Positions 31,327 through 42,329 of a stretch of 64,000 nt of DNA are shown piece by piece; within the stretch, counting starts at the first letter, position 1; each line of letters begins with the position of its first letter. Position numbers and translations under genes: made by a program. The stretch is from an uncultured delta proteobacterium (GTDB taxonomy: Bacteria; Myxococcota_A; Polyangia; Polyangiales; Polyangiaceae), in the NCBI GenBank assembly GCA_963806225.1, contig CAWDXG010000004.1:1344001-1408000 (forward strand). Direction: 5' to 3'. The notes beneath the pieces were generated by a model, which saw only the letters and a program-made list of their open reading frames with translations, made no database searches and was not told the DNA's origin.

Positions 31327-34182
31327 CTACAGATCCTTCAGGGCCTGCTGCAGATCCGGATTGCTCTTGTGCTGCTTGAGCAGCGCCTTCAGGTACTTCT
31401 TCGCCCGCTTGTCGCCGACGGCAACCAGTGCGCGCGCGGCCATCGTACGCAACAGAAGCGGCGCGGCGTCGGGCGGCAGCTCGAGCTGTGACGCCTTCAC
31501 CTTGGCGTTGGCCTTGTGCTGGTTCGCGTCCGCCATTACCTGGAGGAAGCCCGTCATTGGACCGAGCACGCTCGGATACTTCGCGATCAGCTCGCGCGCG
31601 CCCTTGCCGTAGTGCCCGTCGAGCAGATCGTCCACGCGCTCGATCAGGTCGCGCGCCGTCACGTTGCCCGACTCGAGCGCGTTGCCCGAGGCCTTCACCG
31701 CTTCTTCGGCCTTGCCCTCGTAGCGGAGCAGCCGCGCCAACCTCAGCGCGAACACCGGCCGCTTCTTCACCTCGTCGCTCCAGCCGGACACCACCTTGTC
31801 GGCCAGCTCCAGCTGCCCGGTGTCGAGCGCAGCGTCCAGCGCGACGATCTGCCCCCACGGCACCGTGGGAGTCGCCATCTGCTGCAGCGCATCCGCGTCG
31901 GGATACTGCTCGCCGGAAAGCACGCCGGGCGCGGCGACCAGCGCCGCCAGATCCCGACGCTCGGATGCGCCGTCGCCCAGTGCGCCGACCGCTTCGGACA
32001 GCTCGCTCGGATCCAGCGCCTCGTAGCCGATGACGGCGCGTACGACCGCCACCTCGGGCGCCTTCGGGTCGAGCTCCTGGATGGCCTTCTTGGCTTCAGC
32101 AATGCGGCCGCCGAGCAGCGCTACGCGCGAGGCCAGCACGCGCGCGCCCGGATACACCGCGGCAAACTGCAGCGCTCTGAGCGCGGCCTTGCGCGCGAGT
32201 TTCTCGTTGCCCGCCTGGATCGCGAGGAAGCCCAGGCGCGTCGCCACCGCCGGGCTCTCGCTCAGACCGATGCCCTTTCCGATGGCCTTGTTCGCCAGCT
32301 CGCGCTCGCCGGACTGGATCGCCTGCAGGCCATCGACCATGTACGGCACGGGCGTGAGCGGCTGCGGCAGTTGCTTCTTCTCGTCGTCCGTGAGCTGCGC
32401 GTCTGCGGGCAGCTCTTTGGGGCGGGTGGGATCGACCGCCCACTCTAGCGCCCTGAGCGCCTTGGTGGACGGACGATTGCCGATCTGCTTTTGTAGCGCA
32501 TCCACCAGCGGCTTGCCTTTTTCGGCGCCGCCTTCGAGGAGCACCAGGCGCGCCAGCAGCACTTTGGCGACTACCAGCTTCGGATCGCGATCGCGCGCCG
32601 CCTGGTAGCGCTCGATCGCGCGCTGATCTCCCGCGCGCTCCAGCGCCGCACCCGCCAGAAGCTGGTAGAGCGCGTTGTCGCCCGCCTTCTTGTCCCACTT
32701 CGGCAAGAGCGCGGCGGCGCCCGCGAGATCCCCATCGGCGAGGAAGGAAGCGATCCGGGCGTACGCGAGGTCCTTCTCGGGGACGTTGACCTTGCGCGCG
32801 CGATGGATCGCCGAGTCCACGCCCTGCTGCGGGCCGGGCAGGAGCAAGAGGCCGAACACCCGGTTTTCCAGCCACAGGCGCGCGGCACGCTGGCTGCGCG
32901 AGTCGAGCTCGAAGACCCGCTTCAGCTTGTCGTCCGTGGTGCGCAGCTGCTCCACGCGTCCGCTCTCGAGCATGTTGGCGATCTGCTTGTCGAGGCGCGC
33001 CGCGAGCTCGGCGCGCTCGCGCTTGACCTTGCGGGCGTAGAAGTACGCTCCCGTGCCGGCGCCGGCGAGTAGCGCGGTCGCCAGCACGAACACCCAGCTG
33101 CCGCGCGTCCTGGGCGATGATGCCTTCTCCCAGGCGGGCGGCGCTCCGCCACCCGGCTCGTACACCCCAACGCGAGCCAGATGCTGCAGGATCAGCTTGG
33201 GCTCCGGGTTGGGAGAGTCGTAGACGTGCGTCGCCGTGTCGTCCTCGGCGTAGGGCTCCGCCGCCGGCAAGGTTGGCGCTGGCGCGACCTGCGCCTCGAT
33301 GCCGCCCAGCGGAGTCTTCGGCGACAGCACCGGCTCGGGCGGGGGCACCGGAGCGGGCGCGGGTTCGCTCGGCACGGACTGGAACGGAGCCGGCTGTTCC
33401 GCTTCCGCCACGAGCGCCTGCGCGGCCGCGCCGGACGACGACGCCCAGGGCGGCAGCGGCGGCGGTACCGACTTCGGCTGCCTCGACGACGGCGCCTCCG
33501 CGGATCGCGGTGGCGGCACCGAGCGCGGGCTCGCCGCGACGGGTGCCGGCGCCCGCCGCACGGGCGCTGGCGCGGCGGGCGCGCGCGGGACAACGGGGGC
33601 CGAGTTCGGCACGGCTCCCGGCGGCAGCGGCGTGCCCGCCGGACGCGGCATGGTCGGCGGCTCGTCGTTGTGCCAGTGCTGCGCGACCGGCGGGCTCCCC
33701 GGGGGTGCCGGGAGGGACGGCGTCTGCGGCAGGCTGCGGGCCACCTCGCCGGCCACCGCCTCCGGCCCGACCCGCTTCTGCAACGCTGCGTACACGACGG
33801 CGCGGTCATGCCACAGGCGCGTCTCGTCATCGCCCTGCCCGAGCTGCATGCTCCGGGCCAGGACCTTCTCCGCGCGGATCGCATCACCACGCCTGAGCAG
33901 CACTTCCCCCAGGAAACGGAACGCGCGCCAGTCGCGGGCGTTGCCCTTGCCCGACGTCACCAGCGCAGCCTGCGCCTCCGCCAGCAGGCCCGCGTCGAGG
34001 TACATGCGTCCGACGGCGAGCATCACCTCGGCGTCGTTCAGGTGCCAGGCTTCGGCGCTGGTCCCCACCTCCCGGATGAGCTCCTCACGCCCGGAGTTGC
34101 CGAGGTACGAGCACAGGGCCAGCGTGGACTCGGCGTCGGGATTTGCACGCCACGAGGCGAGCAGCTCGTCGAGTGCGCTCAT
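31327..34182 (-). CDS. large TPR protein with Pro-rich linker and central TM helix
   Basis: N-terminal TPRs, Pro/Ala-rich linker, [20 protein letters not shown] helix, helical C-terminus. Confidence 0.75.
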   Translation of the reverse strand: MSALDELLASWRANPDAESTLALCSYLGNSGREELIREVGTSAEAWHLNDAEVMLAVGRMYLDAGLLAEAQAALVTSGKGNARDWRAFRFLGEVLLRRGDAIRAEKVLARSMQLGQGDDETRLWHDRAVVYAALQKRVGPEAVAGEVARSLPQTPSLPAPPGSPPVAQHWHNDEPPTMPRPAGTPLPPGAVPNSAPVVPRAPAAPAPVRRAPAPVAASPRSVPPPRSAEAPSSRQPKSVPPPLPPWASSSGAAAQALVAEAEQPAPFQSVPSEPAPAPVPPPEPVLSPKTPLGGIEAQVAPAPTLPAAEPYAEDDTATHVYDSPNPEPKLILQHLARVGVYEPGGGAPPAWEKASSPRTRGSWVFVLATALLAGAGTGAYFYARKVKRERAELAARLDKQIANMLESGRVEQLRTTDDKLKRVFELDSRSQRAARLWLENRVFGLLLLPGPQQGVDSAIHRARKVNVPEKDLAYARIASFLADGDLAGAAALLPKWDKKAGDNALYQLLAGAALERAGDQRAIERYQAARDRDPKLVVAKVLLARLVLLEGGAEKGKPLVDALQKQIGNRPSTKALRALEWAVDPTRPKELPADAQLTDDEKKQLPQPLTPVPYMVDGLQAIQSGERELANKAIGKGIGLSESPAVATRLGFLAIQAGNEKLARKAALRALQFAAVYPGARVLASRVALLGGRIAEAKKAIQELDPKAPEVAVVRAVIGYEALDPSELSEAVGALGDGASERRDLAALVAAPGVLSGEQYPDADALQQMATPTVPWGQIVALDAALDTGQLELADKVVSGWSDEVKKRPVFALRLARLLRYEGKAEEAVKASGNALESGNVTARDLIERVDDLLDGHYGKGARELIAKYPSVLGPMTGFLQVMADANQHKANAKVKASQLELPPDAAPLLLRTMAARALVAVGDKRAKKYLKALLKQHKSNPDLQQALKDL

Positions 34183-34351
34183 CGGTGCGACAGAATACCC
34201 AGCTCGGGGTGGAAACTGTAGGAGTCTTTCATGCTTACGTCGTCCGGACACCAGGCCGGACATAGACAGCCCGGGCAACGGGCGCTGGCGCGGCGGCCTG
34301 CGAGCAGGCAAAGTGCGCGGCGTCCGGCCTCCGTGGCCGGCGCTCTGCCAC

Positions 34352-35794
34352 ATGTGCGGCGTTTTCGGAATCCACGGTCATCCCGAGGCAGCCAACCTCA
34401 CCTACCTCGGGCTGCACGCGCTGCAGCATCGCGGTCAGGAGAGCGCAGGCATCGTCACCAGCGACGGACAGCAGCTGAGCCTGCACCGCGGCATGGGGCA
34501 CGTCATCGACGTGTTCTCCCCGGAGCAGCTCGACAAGCTCAACGGCCACAACGCCATCGGCCACGTGCGCTACTCGACGGCGGGCGGCTCGTTCCTCAAG
34601 AATGCCCAGCCTATCGGCGTCGACTACTCGCGGGGCTCGATCGCGGTCGCGCACAACGGCAACCTGACCAACGCCGAGGCGATGCGCGAGAAGCTCGAGG
34701 CGCGCGGCTCGATCTTCCAGAGCATCAGCGACACCGAGGTGATCGTTCATCTGGTGGCGATGAGCAGGCAGCGCGCGGTGGAGGATCGCATCGCCGACGC
34801 GCTCTCGCAGGTCGAGGGGGCGTACTCGCTGCTCTGCCTCACCGAGCGGACGATGATCGCCGTGCGCGATCCGATGGGGATCCGCCCGCTGTGCCTCGGC
34901 AAGACGCGCGGCAAGAGCGACGCCTGGGTGGTGTCGAGCGAGCCGACCAGCTTCGACCTGATCGACGCGGAGTACGAGCGCGACGTGGAGCCGGGGGAGA
35001 TGATCGTGTTCGACGAGCGCGGGATGCGCAGCCTGCGTCCGTTCAAGGACAAGCCGCGGCACATGTGCATCTTCGAGTACGTGTACTTCGCGCGGCCCGA
35101 TTCGACCATCGACGGCATCAGCGTGTACGAAGCGAGGAAAAGCCTCGGCCGCGCGCTGGCCGTGGAGCACGGCGTCGAGGCGGACGTGGTGATCCCGGTG
35201 CCCGACTCCGGCGTGCCGGCCACCATCGGCTACGCGGAGCAGTCGGGCATGCCGTTCGAGATGGGGCTGGTGCGCAGCCACTACGTCGGACGCACCTTTA
35301 TCGAGCCGCAGCAGAGCATCCGCCACTTCGGGGTGCGCCTGAAGCTGAACCCGGTGAGCGACACGCTGCGCGGCAAGCGCGTGGTGGTGGTGGACGACAG
35401 CATCGTGCGCGGCACGACGAGCCGCAAGATCGTCAAGATGCTGCGCGACGCCGGAGCACGCGAGGTGCACTTGCGCATCTCGAGCCCGCCGACGCGCTGG
35501 CCCTGCTACTACGGCATCGACACGCCGACGCGCAGCGAGCTGATCGCCTCGAGCCACAACGTCCAGGAGATCAACGACTACGTCACGAGCGACTCGCTGG
35601 CGTACCTTTCGCTGGACAAGATGGTGGACGCGGTGACGCGGGCGCGAGTGACGCCGCCGGGCAAGCACTCACTGCCGATGGCGGAGAAGCCAGCGGCGGG
35701 CAATTCGTTCTGCCACGCGTGCTGGAGCGGCGACTATCCGATCGAGTTCACGCCGCACCCGCGGCAGCGGCAGACGCGGCTGCTCGACACGTAG
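34352..35794 (+). CDS. purF: amidophosphoribosyltransferase
   Basis: [34 protein letters not shown]. Confidence 0.98.
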   Translation: MCGVFGIHGHPEAANLTYLGLHALQHRGQESAGIVTSDGQQLSLHRGMGHVIDVFSPEQLDKLNGHNAIGHVRYSTAGGSFLKNAQPIGVDYSRGSIAVAHNGNLTNAEAMREKLEARGSIFQSISDTEVIVHLVAMSRQRAVEDRIADALSQVEGAYSLLCLTERTMIAVRDPMGIRPLCLGKTRGKSDAWVVSSEPTSFDLIDAEYERDVEPGEMIVFDERGMRSLRPFKDKPRHMCIFEYVYFARPDSTIDGISVYEARKSLGRALAVEHGVEADVVIPVPDSGVPATIGYAEQSGMPFEMGLVRSHYVGRTFIEPQQSIRHFGVRLKLNPVSDTLRGKRVVVVDDSIVRGTTSRKIVKMLRDAGAREVHLRISSPPTRWPCYYGIDTPTRSELIASSHNVQEINDYVTSDSLAYLSLDKMVDAVTRARVTPPGKHSLPMAEKPAAGNSFCHACWSGDYPIEFTPHPRQRQTRLLDT

Positions 35795-35913
35795 TCTGGT
35801 TTTGGGGTCCTGACCGCCGGTGGAGCGCGCGAACAAGTCGCTTTCGCCCGCGATTCCGGCACAATTCGCACGCGGGGCGACGTGATCTAGACTAGAGGTA
35901 GCTAGACGAGCCC

Positions 35914-36828
35914 ATGCTGGAACATCTCCCCGACCGCGTCTCGGTGTACGAGGTCTCGCCCCGCGACGGCCTGCAGAACGAAGCCGCTCCAATCCCGCTC
36001 GACGGCAAGAAGCACCTGATCGAAGCGCTGATCCGCTCCGGTCTCACACGCATCGAGCTGACCAGCTTCGTCTCCCCGCGCTGGGTGCCACAGCTGGCCG
36101 ATGCGGACGAGCTGGTGCGCGACGTGAGGGCGCCCGAGGGTGTGACGCTCAGCGCCCTGTGTCCGAACGCCAAGGGCTTCGAACGCGCGAAAGCCGCGGG
36201 GCTCGCCGAGATCGCCGTCTTCATGTCGGCGAGCGAGACCCACAACAGGAAGAACACGAACAAGAGCATCGACCAGTCGCTCAGCGTATTCAGCGAGGTC
36301 GTGCCGCCTGCGCTGGACGCGGGGATGCGCGTGCGCGCGTACGTCTCGACGGTGTGGGGTTGCCCGTACGAAGGCGAGGTGGATCCAGAGCGGGCGCTCG
36401 ACATCTCGAAGCGGCTGCTCGACCTCGGCTGCTACCAGGTGTCGCTGGGCGACACCATCGGCGTCGGCACGCCGCTGCAGACCCGGCGCATCTGCCGGCT
36501 GTTCCTCGACGCCGTACCGGCGGAGAAGCTCGCGCTCCATTTCCACGACACGCGCGGCACGGCGCTTGCGAACGCTCTGGTCGGCGTCGAGATGGGCTTC
36601 CGCGACTTCGACGCCTCCGTCGCCGGCCTGGGCGGCTGCCCCTACGCTCCCGGTGCCGCCGGCAACCTCGCCACCGAGGATCTCGTGTACATGCTGCACG
36701 GCATGGGCATCGAGACCGGCATCGATCTGGAGAAGCTGATCGAAGCCGGCCGCGTCGCCGAGTCCGTCATCGGCCGCCGCCTGCCCGGCAAGGTGCACCA
36801 GGCGGGGTTGAGCCGGAAGCGCAGCTAG
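35914..36828 (+). CDS. hydroxymethylglutaryl-CoA lyase
   Basis: EVSPRDGLQNE, LGDTIG, HFHDTRG, GLGGCPYAPGAAGN. Confidence 0.95.
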   Translation: MLEHLPDRVSVYEVSPRDGLQNEAAPIPLDGKKHLIEALIRSGLTRIELTSFVSPRWVPQLADADELVRDVRAPEGVTLSALCPNAKGFERAKAAGLAEIAVFMSASETHNRKNTNKSIDQSLSVFSEVVPPALDAGMRVRAYVSTVWGCPYEGEVDPERALDISKRLLDLGCYQVSLGDTIGVGTPLQTRRICRLFLDAVPAEKLALHFHDTRGTALANALVGVEMGFRDFDASVAGLGGCPYAPGAAGNLATEDLVYMLHGMGIETGIDLEKLIEAGRVAESVIGRRLPGKVHQAGLSRKRS

Positions 36829-36840
36829 CGCTCGCGGGCG

Positions 36841-38403
36841 CTACGGCGTCGCGCCGGCCTTGCACACGAGGCGCGTGAAGTACGTCTGCCAGTTGCCCGA
36901 GCGGTCGTCGTCGAACAGAACGCCCACGTCGCCGTTCGGTCCGAACGCGGCGATCGGGTCGAGCGTGTCACTCGCGCTCTTGGTGATGCGGGCGCGCGGC
37001 GCGAGCTCCTTGAGGTCGGGCGAGAGCATCTTGCTGTAAAGCTCGTAGTTGCCGTCGTGGTCGTCGGCCCAGACGAGCAGCAACCGGTCGCCCAGCGCCA
37101 ACACGTCGACCGTCCGCGCGTGCTTCGCGCCCTTCGTCAGGCGCGTCTCCGGTGTCACGATGTTGCCGTTCTCGTCGACCGTAGCGCCCCAGATCGAGTT
37201 TCCGGGCACCGTCGTGCGCTTGGAGAACACAACCACGTAGCGGTCACCGTTGTAGACGATGGCCGGGCCGGTGCCGTTGTCCGTCGAGACCTGGATCAGG
37301 CTGCCTGGCGACGAGAAGTCGGGGCCAAACAGGCGGAAGCCCACCTGCTGGTTCGTAGCGTCGCCCATGTTGAAGGCCAGCCCGAGCTTCTTCGTGCCTT
37401 CGGCGAGCTTCGAGGACTCGCCGAACCAGACGGGATTGGTGAGCTCGACGTTGCCGCCCAGCTTGTCGCCGTCCACGCTGATGCGCTGGCCGTAGATGGT
37501 CCAGCCGCCCGCGCGCTGGTCGGTCCAGGTGACGAGGAACTCGGTGCCGTTCCAGACCAGAGCGGGCTCCAGCGAGAAGCCGCCTGCCGAGGTGATGCGT
37601 AGGTCGGGCGCGAGCTTCTGACCGTCCTTGTCCAGACGGTTGAAGTAGATCTCGTAGTCGTTGTTGCGACGATCTTCCCAGACCGTACCGAAGATCGCGC
37701 CGGTCCACACGATGGGTCCGGTGAAGGTGTCGTTGTTGACCTTGGTGATGGAGGTCTCGTCGATGGAGGTCTGGCCCGTGTCGGTGAGGCCCTTGAAGTA
37801 GTTCTTCCAGTGCGCCTCCTGGGCGCTGTAGGTGACGGCGTAGATGTTGCCGTTGAAGGCGACGCCGCCTCCCCCGGCCTGCTTGTGCGGACCCGAGACG
37901 CGCACGTCGCCCGTTCCGGACGGCACGTACGTCATGTTGTCGTCGATGATGCCGTTGCAGTCGTTGTCGACGCCGTCGCAGATCTCGATTCCGCCGGGAT
38001 GGGCGTTCGGGTTCGTGTCGTCACAGTCGTCGCCGCAGGACCCGGGCGCGCCGGGTGCGTAGCCGGGACGCGGCCCCTTGTAGCCGTCACCGTCCTGGTC
38101 GAGCGCCAAATCGCGATGCTTGCACTTGCCCGTGGCCGGCGTGCAGGTGTCCTCGGTGCAGGGGTCGTGATCGTCGCAGTCCACAGCCACGGCGGGCATG
38201 CACACGCCCTCGACGCAGCTGCTCGTGGAGCACTGATCGGCGGTCGGGCAGTCCTCGTCCGTGATGCACTCGGCGAGCTGCACGTCGCTCGGCGCGTCTT
38301 CGACGCCCGCATCCGGCGGCGGCTCGTGAAGACCCGTCCGCGCGCCGCAGCCGGTGAGCCATAGCGGGGCCGCGACGGCCAGAACCCGGAGCCAGGAGCG
38401 CAT
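36841..38403 (-). CDS. lipoprotein with Cys-rich/MopE-like motif and repeated beta-strand domain
   Basis: LTGC lipobox; EICDGVDNDCNG; repeated W(E/T/A)DxRxxxYEIY units. Confidence 0.8.
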   Translation of the reverse strand: MRSWLRVLAVAAPLWLTGCGARTGLHEPPPDAGVEDAPSDVQLAECITDEDCPTADQCSTSSCVEGVCMPAVAVDCDDHDPCTEDTCTPATGKCKHRDLALDQDGDGYKGPRPGYAPGAPGSCGDDCDDTNPNAHPGGIEICDGVDNDCNGIIDDNMTYVPSGTGDVRVSGPHKQAGGGGVAFNGNIYAVTYSAQEAHWKNYFKGLTDTGQTSIDETSITKVNNDTFTGPIVWTGAIFGTVWEDRRNNDYEIYFNRLDKDGQKLAPDLRITSAGGFSLEPALVWNGTEFLVTWTDQRAGGWTIYGQRISVDGDKLGGNVELTNPVWFGESSKLAEGTKKLGLAFNMGDATNQQVGFRLFGPDFSSPGSLIQVSTDNGTGPAIVYNGDRYVVVFSKRTTVPGNSIWGATVDENGNIVTPETRLTKGAKHARTVDVLALGDRLLLVWADDHDGNYELYSKMLSPDLKELAPRARITKSASDTLDPIAAFGPNGDVGVLFDDDRSGNWQTYFTRLVCKAGATP

Positions 38404-38966
38404 CAGTCGCATCCGCCGTATCCGTTGGAATCGATGGGCACACACACGAGCCCGGATGGGCAATCCTTCGCGCCGCCCAGGTGACACAGCTGCACGCACT
38501 GGTCGCCGGCGCCGGTTACGACGCACACGAACCCGGCCGCACAGTCGCCGCCGCCGCAGGGGTCACCCTGGTGGCCGATGCCCACGGCCCGGCACACGGT
38601 ACCGTACAGCTCCTGCTGGCACGGCCCCGACGGATACTGCACGAACGGGTAACAGCCCTCGCCGCCCGGGCAGGTCGTCGGCTTGGCGAACAGATCGCAC
38701 TCCTCCGTGACCGGCGGTGGCGCAGCGTCCGGGCAGCCCGGGTCGTAGTAGTCGGACTCCACGTCCCAGGGCGCATCCGGGCCGGAGTCGGGCCCGGAGT
38801 CCGGGTGTGCGTCGGGTCCCCCGTCGGGATGCACGATGACACCGCCCGTGCCGCCGCCTCCGCCGATGCCGCCGCTGCCGCCCGCCCAGGCCGTCCCGCC
38901 CTCGACGCTGCCGCCGCAACCCACGAAAAGGAGCGCTACCAGAAGGAAAGACCCCCGGTAAGTCAT
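38403..38966 (-). CDS. Cys-rich lipoprotein
   Basis: FVGC lipobox, Gly linker, Cys-rich C-terminus; TGA overlaps the next ATG. Confidence 0.75.
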   Translation of the reverse strand: MTYRGSFLLVALLFVGCGGSVEGGTAWAGGSGGIGGGGGTGGVIVHPDGGPDAHPDSGPDSGPDAPWDVESDYYDPGCPDAAPPPVTEECDLFAKPTTCPGGEGCYPFVQYPSGPCQQELYGTVCRAVGIGHQGDPCGGGDCAAGFVCVVTGAGDQCVQLCHLGGAKDCPSGLVCVPIDSNGYGGCD

Positions 38967-39064
38967 GATGGCAGCAGCATAGCGGACGGCGGACCCGGAG
39001 CGCACGCGCGACGTGGCCCGGACTTCGGGCGAGGCGATCCCCGGAAGCAGCATGCCCGCTGCAA

Positions 39065-39080
39065 TGCAGGCTGCGTGCCA
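39065..39080 (-). promoter_or_regulatory. sigma54-type promoter
   Basis: Minus strand TGGCACGCAGCCTGCA has GG-N10-GC spacing, ~100 bp upstream of the ATG at 38966. Confidence 0.6.
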
Positions 39081-39238
39081 CGCGGACGGCCCGGAAATCC
39101 CGGGGGGAAAGCGGTATCGTGAAGAAGCTGACGGAGCGCGTGTGACACGACCGTCAGTGCAGAGGCACGGGTGTGCCAGGAGCTCACGTCCTCCAGACTC
39201 CGGTTGCCGACCGCGCCCGGGGCAGGTAGAGGGCCCGG

Positions 39239-39877
39239 ATGCGCGGAACCCTCGTGCTCCTTGTCGCTCCATTGCTCCTGGGCGCGGCCTGCGGCCGTAC
39301 GGAAAAGCCCCGCGCGACGCCTTCGACGGCCGCCCGCGGGCACGCTAGCGCAGCCACGGCCGCTCCCGCCCCCGCGGCGCGCGCCGCGAGCGCAAAGGCC
39401 AGCGCCGCCAAGCCCGCCTGCATCGTACCCACGCCCGAGCAGTCACCGCCGGTAGCCCACCCAGCCAAGGACTGCCCGCCGGATCCCCTCGCGTCTCCGC
39501 CCGGGCTTCCGCACGGCTACGTCGACTTCGTGGATGCACCGGGCAAGCCGCGCGCAGCGGTCGAGCTGGCGCGCACGCCGGACTCGCGCGAGCGCGGGCT
39601 GATGTACCGGACGCATATGCCCGATGACCAGGGCATGCTGTTTTCCTGGAACAACGACAAGATCCGCCGGTTCTGGATGCACAACACGTGCATCCCGCTC
39701 GACATGCTGTTCATCGCCCGCGACGGCACCATCGCCGGGATCCTGGAACAGGTGCCGACGCTCAACGACGACGAGCGCAGCGTGCCCTGCCTCGCGGCGC
39801 ACGTGCTGGAGCTCAACGCCGGTTGGGCGCGTTCGCACGGAGTGAAAGCCGGCCAGAAGGTCGAGATCGAGCCCTGA
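39239..39877 (+). CDS. DUF192-family lipoprotein
   Basis: VELA...RERGLMYR, GMLF, FWMHNTCIPLDMLF, VLELNAG. Confidence 0.9.
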   Translation: MRGTLVLLVAPLLLGAACGRTEKPRATPSTAARGHASAATAAPAPAARAASAKASAAKPACIVPTPEQSPPVAHPAKDCPPDPLASPPGLPHGYVDFVDAPGKPRAAVELARTPDSRERGLMYRTHMPDDQGMLFSWNNDKIRRFWMHNTCIPLDMLFIARDGTIAGILEQVPTLNDDERSVPCLAAHVLELNAGWARSHGVKAGQKVEIEP

Positions 39878-39896
39878 CCCCCGAGAAGGAAACGTA

Positions 39897-40772
39897 ATGA
39901 CCCTTTCGAGCACGCTTCGACTGTCCCTGGGCACCGCCGCGCTGCTGGCGCTTGCCGCCTGCCAGAAAGCGCCCCCCGAGCCGATCCGCGCGGAGTCCAC
40001 ATCGACCGGCGCCGCGCCGAAAGCGACGCCTGCCAAGACAGACCTCGGCCTCGTGAAGTCGGGCAGCTCGAAGAACGGCAGGCTGGACGGGGAGCAGAAG
40101 ACCAGCGGCAAGCTCGCCAAGTCGCTGCCGCACGAGGACAAGGCCGGGAAGGACGACGGGAACGAACAGGCCCCGAAGGTCGCCAAGGTGCCGGTGAGCC
40201 CCGACGACCCGCTGCATGGCAAATTCTCGTTGGCCCAGGCCACGAAGGGGCTGAAGGGCAAGGGCCAGCTGCTCGCCGACATCGTCACGGACCAGGGCAA
40301 GCTGACGTGCCAGCTGTACGACAAGCGCGCGCCCATCACGGTCGCCAACTTCATCGGTCTGGCACGCGGCATCCGCCCCTGGAAGAATCCGGACGGCAAG
40401 TGGGTGAAGAAGCCGGCCTACGACGGCACCACGTTCCACCGCATCATCAAGGGCTTCATGATCCAGGGCGGCGATGCCGCCGGCAACGGCACCGGCGAGC
40501 CCGGCTACGTCATCCCCGACGAGATCTGGCAGGGAGCCACGCACGACACCGAGGGGCAGCTGTGCATGGCGAACCGCGGGCCGAACACCAACGGAGCGCA
40601 GTTCTTCATCATGGACGGCACGGCCAAGCACCTGGACGGGGGATACACGATCTTCGGCATGTGCAAGCCCGACAAGGTCATCGACGCGCTGGCCAGCGTG
40701 CCCGTGCAAGGCGACCGCGCGGTCACCCCACCCGCGATCAAGAAGGTCGTGATCCGCCACGGCAGCAGGTAG
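39897..40772 (+). CDS. cyclophilin-type peptidyl-prolyl isomerase lipoprotein
   Basis: APITVANF, FHRIIKGFMIQGG, MANRGPNTNGAQFFI. Confidence 0.93.
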   Translation: MTLSSTLRLSLGTAALLALAACQKAPPEPIRAESTSTGAAPKATPAKTDLGLVKSGSSKNGRLDGEQKTSGKLAKSLPHEDKAGKDDGNEQAPKVAKVPVSPDDPLHGKFSLAQATKGLKGKGQLLADIVTDQGKLTCQLYDKRAPITVANFIGLARGIRPWKNPDGKWVKKPAYDGTTFHRIIKGFMIQGGDAAGNGTGEPGYVIPDEIWQGATHDTEGQLCMANRGPNTNGAQFFIMDGTAKHLDGGYTIFGMCKPDKVIDALASVPVQGDRAVTPPAIKKVVIRHGSR

Positions 40773-40840
40773 CACCCCGCCGCCGGCGACGAAGTGGTGT
40801 AAGGTCCGGGGCGCTGTCTCGTTTGGCGCTGGGAGGCCTC

Positions 40841-41812
40841 ATGACCCGACTGCACACCGCGGCCCGCCGGCTCTGTGCCGGCCCGACGCCGCTCCAGGTG
40901 TTGACCCTGCTGGCTCTGCTGGCCCTGTCCGGCTGCGGCGGCGGAGCCATGAAGGCGAGTGCGCCCTCTTCACCAGGCTACGCTGGGGAGGCCCGCTATC
41001 GCGCCGAGACCACCGGCGCCGGTGCCGAGGCTCCGATGGAGCCGGAAGCGGCCCCGGAACCGACGCTGACGGGAAGCGCCGAGAGCGCCGACGAGGAGGC
41101 ACTGGACCGTGCGCCCGCCCCGAGGCCGATGGCGCAGGCGGAGCCTCCGCCCCCCCGCGACAGCGGCGGAGCCGCGCCCCCGAAGCGGAACAGCGACGCG
41201 ACAACGCCTCCGCCCGTGCAGCACACGCAACCCGGCGTCGACACCGGTAGCGCCCGGCCGCCCGAAGCCGCGGCCATGGCCTCGCCCCTGCTCATCTACC
41301 GCGCCAATCTGAACATGGCGGTGTTCGAGACCAAGAAGGCGCTCGACCGCACCGAGCAGATCGCTGAAGACGCCGGCGGCTATCTGGTCCGGCGCGACGA
41401 CCGCTCCATCACCGTGCGGGTGCCGGCAGCGCGGTTCCAGGGCGCGCTGGCTTCGATGATGAAGCTGGGCGACGTGCTGCACCGTGCTGTCAGCGTCGAG
41501 GACGTGACCGCCCAGTACCGGGACCTCCAGATCCGTCTCAAGAACGCCGAGGCCGTACGGGACCGGCTGGCAGCGCTCCTGAAGAAGGCGCAGTCGGTCA
41601 AGGACGCGCTCCAGGTGGAACGCGAGCTGGCCCGGGTCACCGACGAGATCGAGAGCATGAAGGGCAAGCTCAAGCTGTTGCACGAGCTGGTCCAGTTCTC
41701 GACTATCACCATCCAGTTCAGCGCGCAGTCGACCGAGCACGTCGATTCGACGGTGAACCTGCCCTTCCCGTGGCTCCGGAACCTGGGGCTCGGAAAGCTG
41801 TTGAGGCTGTAG
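40841..41812 (+). CDS. DUF4349-like lipoprotein
   Basis: LSGC lipobox; TVRVPA, EDVTAQYRD, coiled coil. Confidence 0.8.
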   Translation: MTRLHTAARRLCAGPTPLQVLTLLALLALSGCGGGAMKASAPSSPGYAGEARYRAETTGAGAEAPMEPEAAPEPTLTGSAESADEEALDRAPAPRPMAQAEPPPPRDSGGAAPPKRNSDATTPPPVQHTQPGVDTGSARPPEAAAMASPLLIYRANLNMAVFETKKALDRTEQIAEDAGGYLVRRDDRSITVRVPAARFQGALASMMKLGDVLHRAVSVEDVTAQYRDLQIRLKNAEAVRDRLAALLKKAQSVKDALQVERELARVTDEIESMKGKLKLLHELVQFSTITIQFSAQSTEHVDSTVNLPFPWLRNLGLGKLLRL

Positions 41813-41830
41813 GCGATGAGGAGGCTGAAG

Positions 41831-42295
41831 ATGAAGCGAACCATCCTGCTCGTTGTCGCCGCGCTCCTGCTCGCGGCTTGTGGTCACTCCTTCAACGCCG
41901 CGACGCCCAAGGGATTCGTCGAGCTCGAGGACCAGGAGGACCAGGGCTACGACTATCGAGCCACCACGGCGGACGGTCTGGTCATCGCGGTGCGCGAGAT
42001 CGACAACGACCCCGAGGGGCCGATCGAGTTCTGGTCGCGCGCGATCGAGAACTCGATGCGACAGCGCGGCGGCTACGCCCTGCTCGGGCAGCGCGACGTG
42101 AAGAACGTCGACGGCCTGGCCGGCAAGCAGCTGCGCTTCGGACACGACGAGGCCAGCAAGCCCCACCTCTACTACGTCACGTTGTACGTGACTCCCAAGC
42201 GGCTCTACGTGCTCGAAGCCGGTGGCACCAAGCAGCAGATGGAGAGCCACGAAGCGCAGCTGGACTGGTCGTTCAAGAACTTCCGCCTGAAGTAG
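41831..42295 (+). CDS. hypothetical lipoprotein
   Basis: MKRTILLVVAALLLAAC lipobox. Confidence 0.75.
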   Translation: MKRTILLVVAALLLAACGHSFNAATPKGFVELEDQEDQGYDYRATTADGLVIAVREIDNDPEGPIEFWSRAIENSMRQRGGYALLGQRDVKNVDGLAGKQLRFGHDEASKPHLYYVTLYVTPKRLYVLEAGGTKQQMESHEAQLDWSFKNFRLK

Positions 42296-42329
42296 TCTGG
42301 CGCCGCGCCGCTCTCTTCGAGCGACCGCG

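Noticed and set aside
33299..34351. Apparent N-terminal extension of PurF
   Set aside because: It overlaps the TPR gene on the opposite strand; MCG at 34352 supplies the catalytic N-terminal Cys
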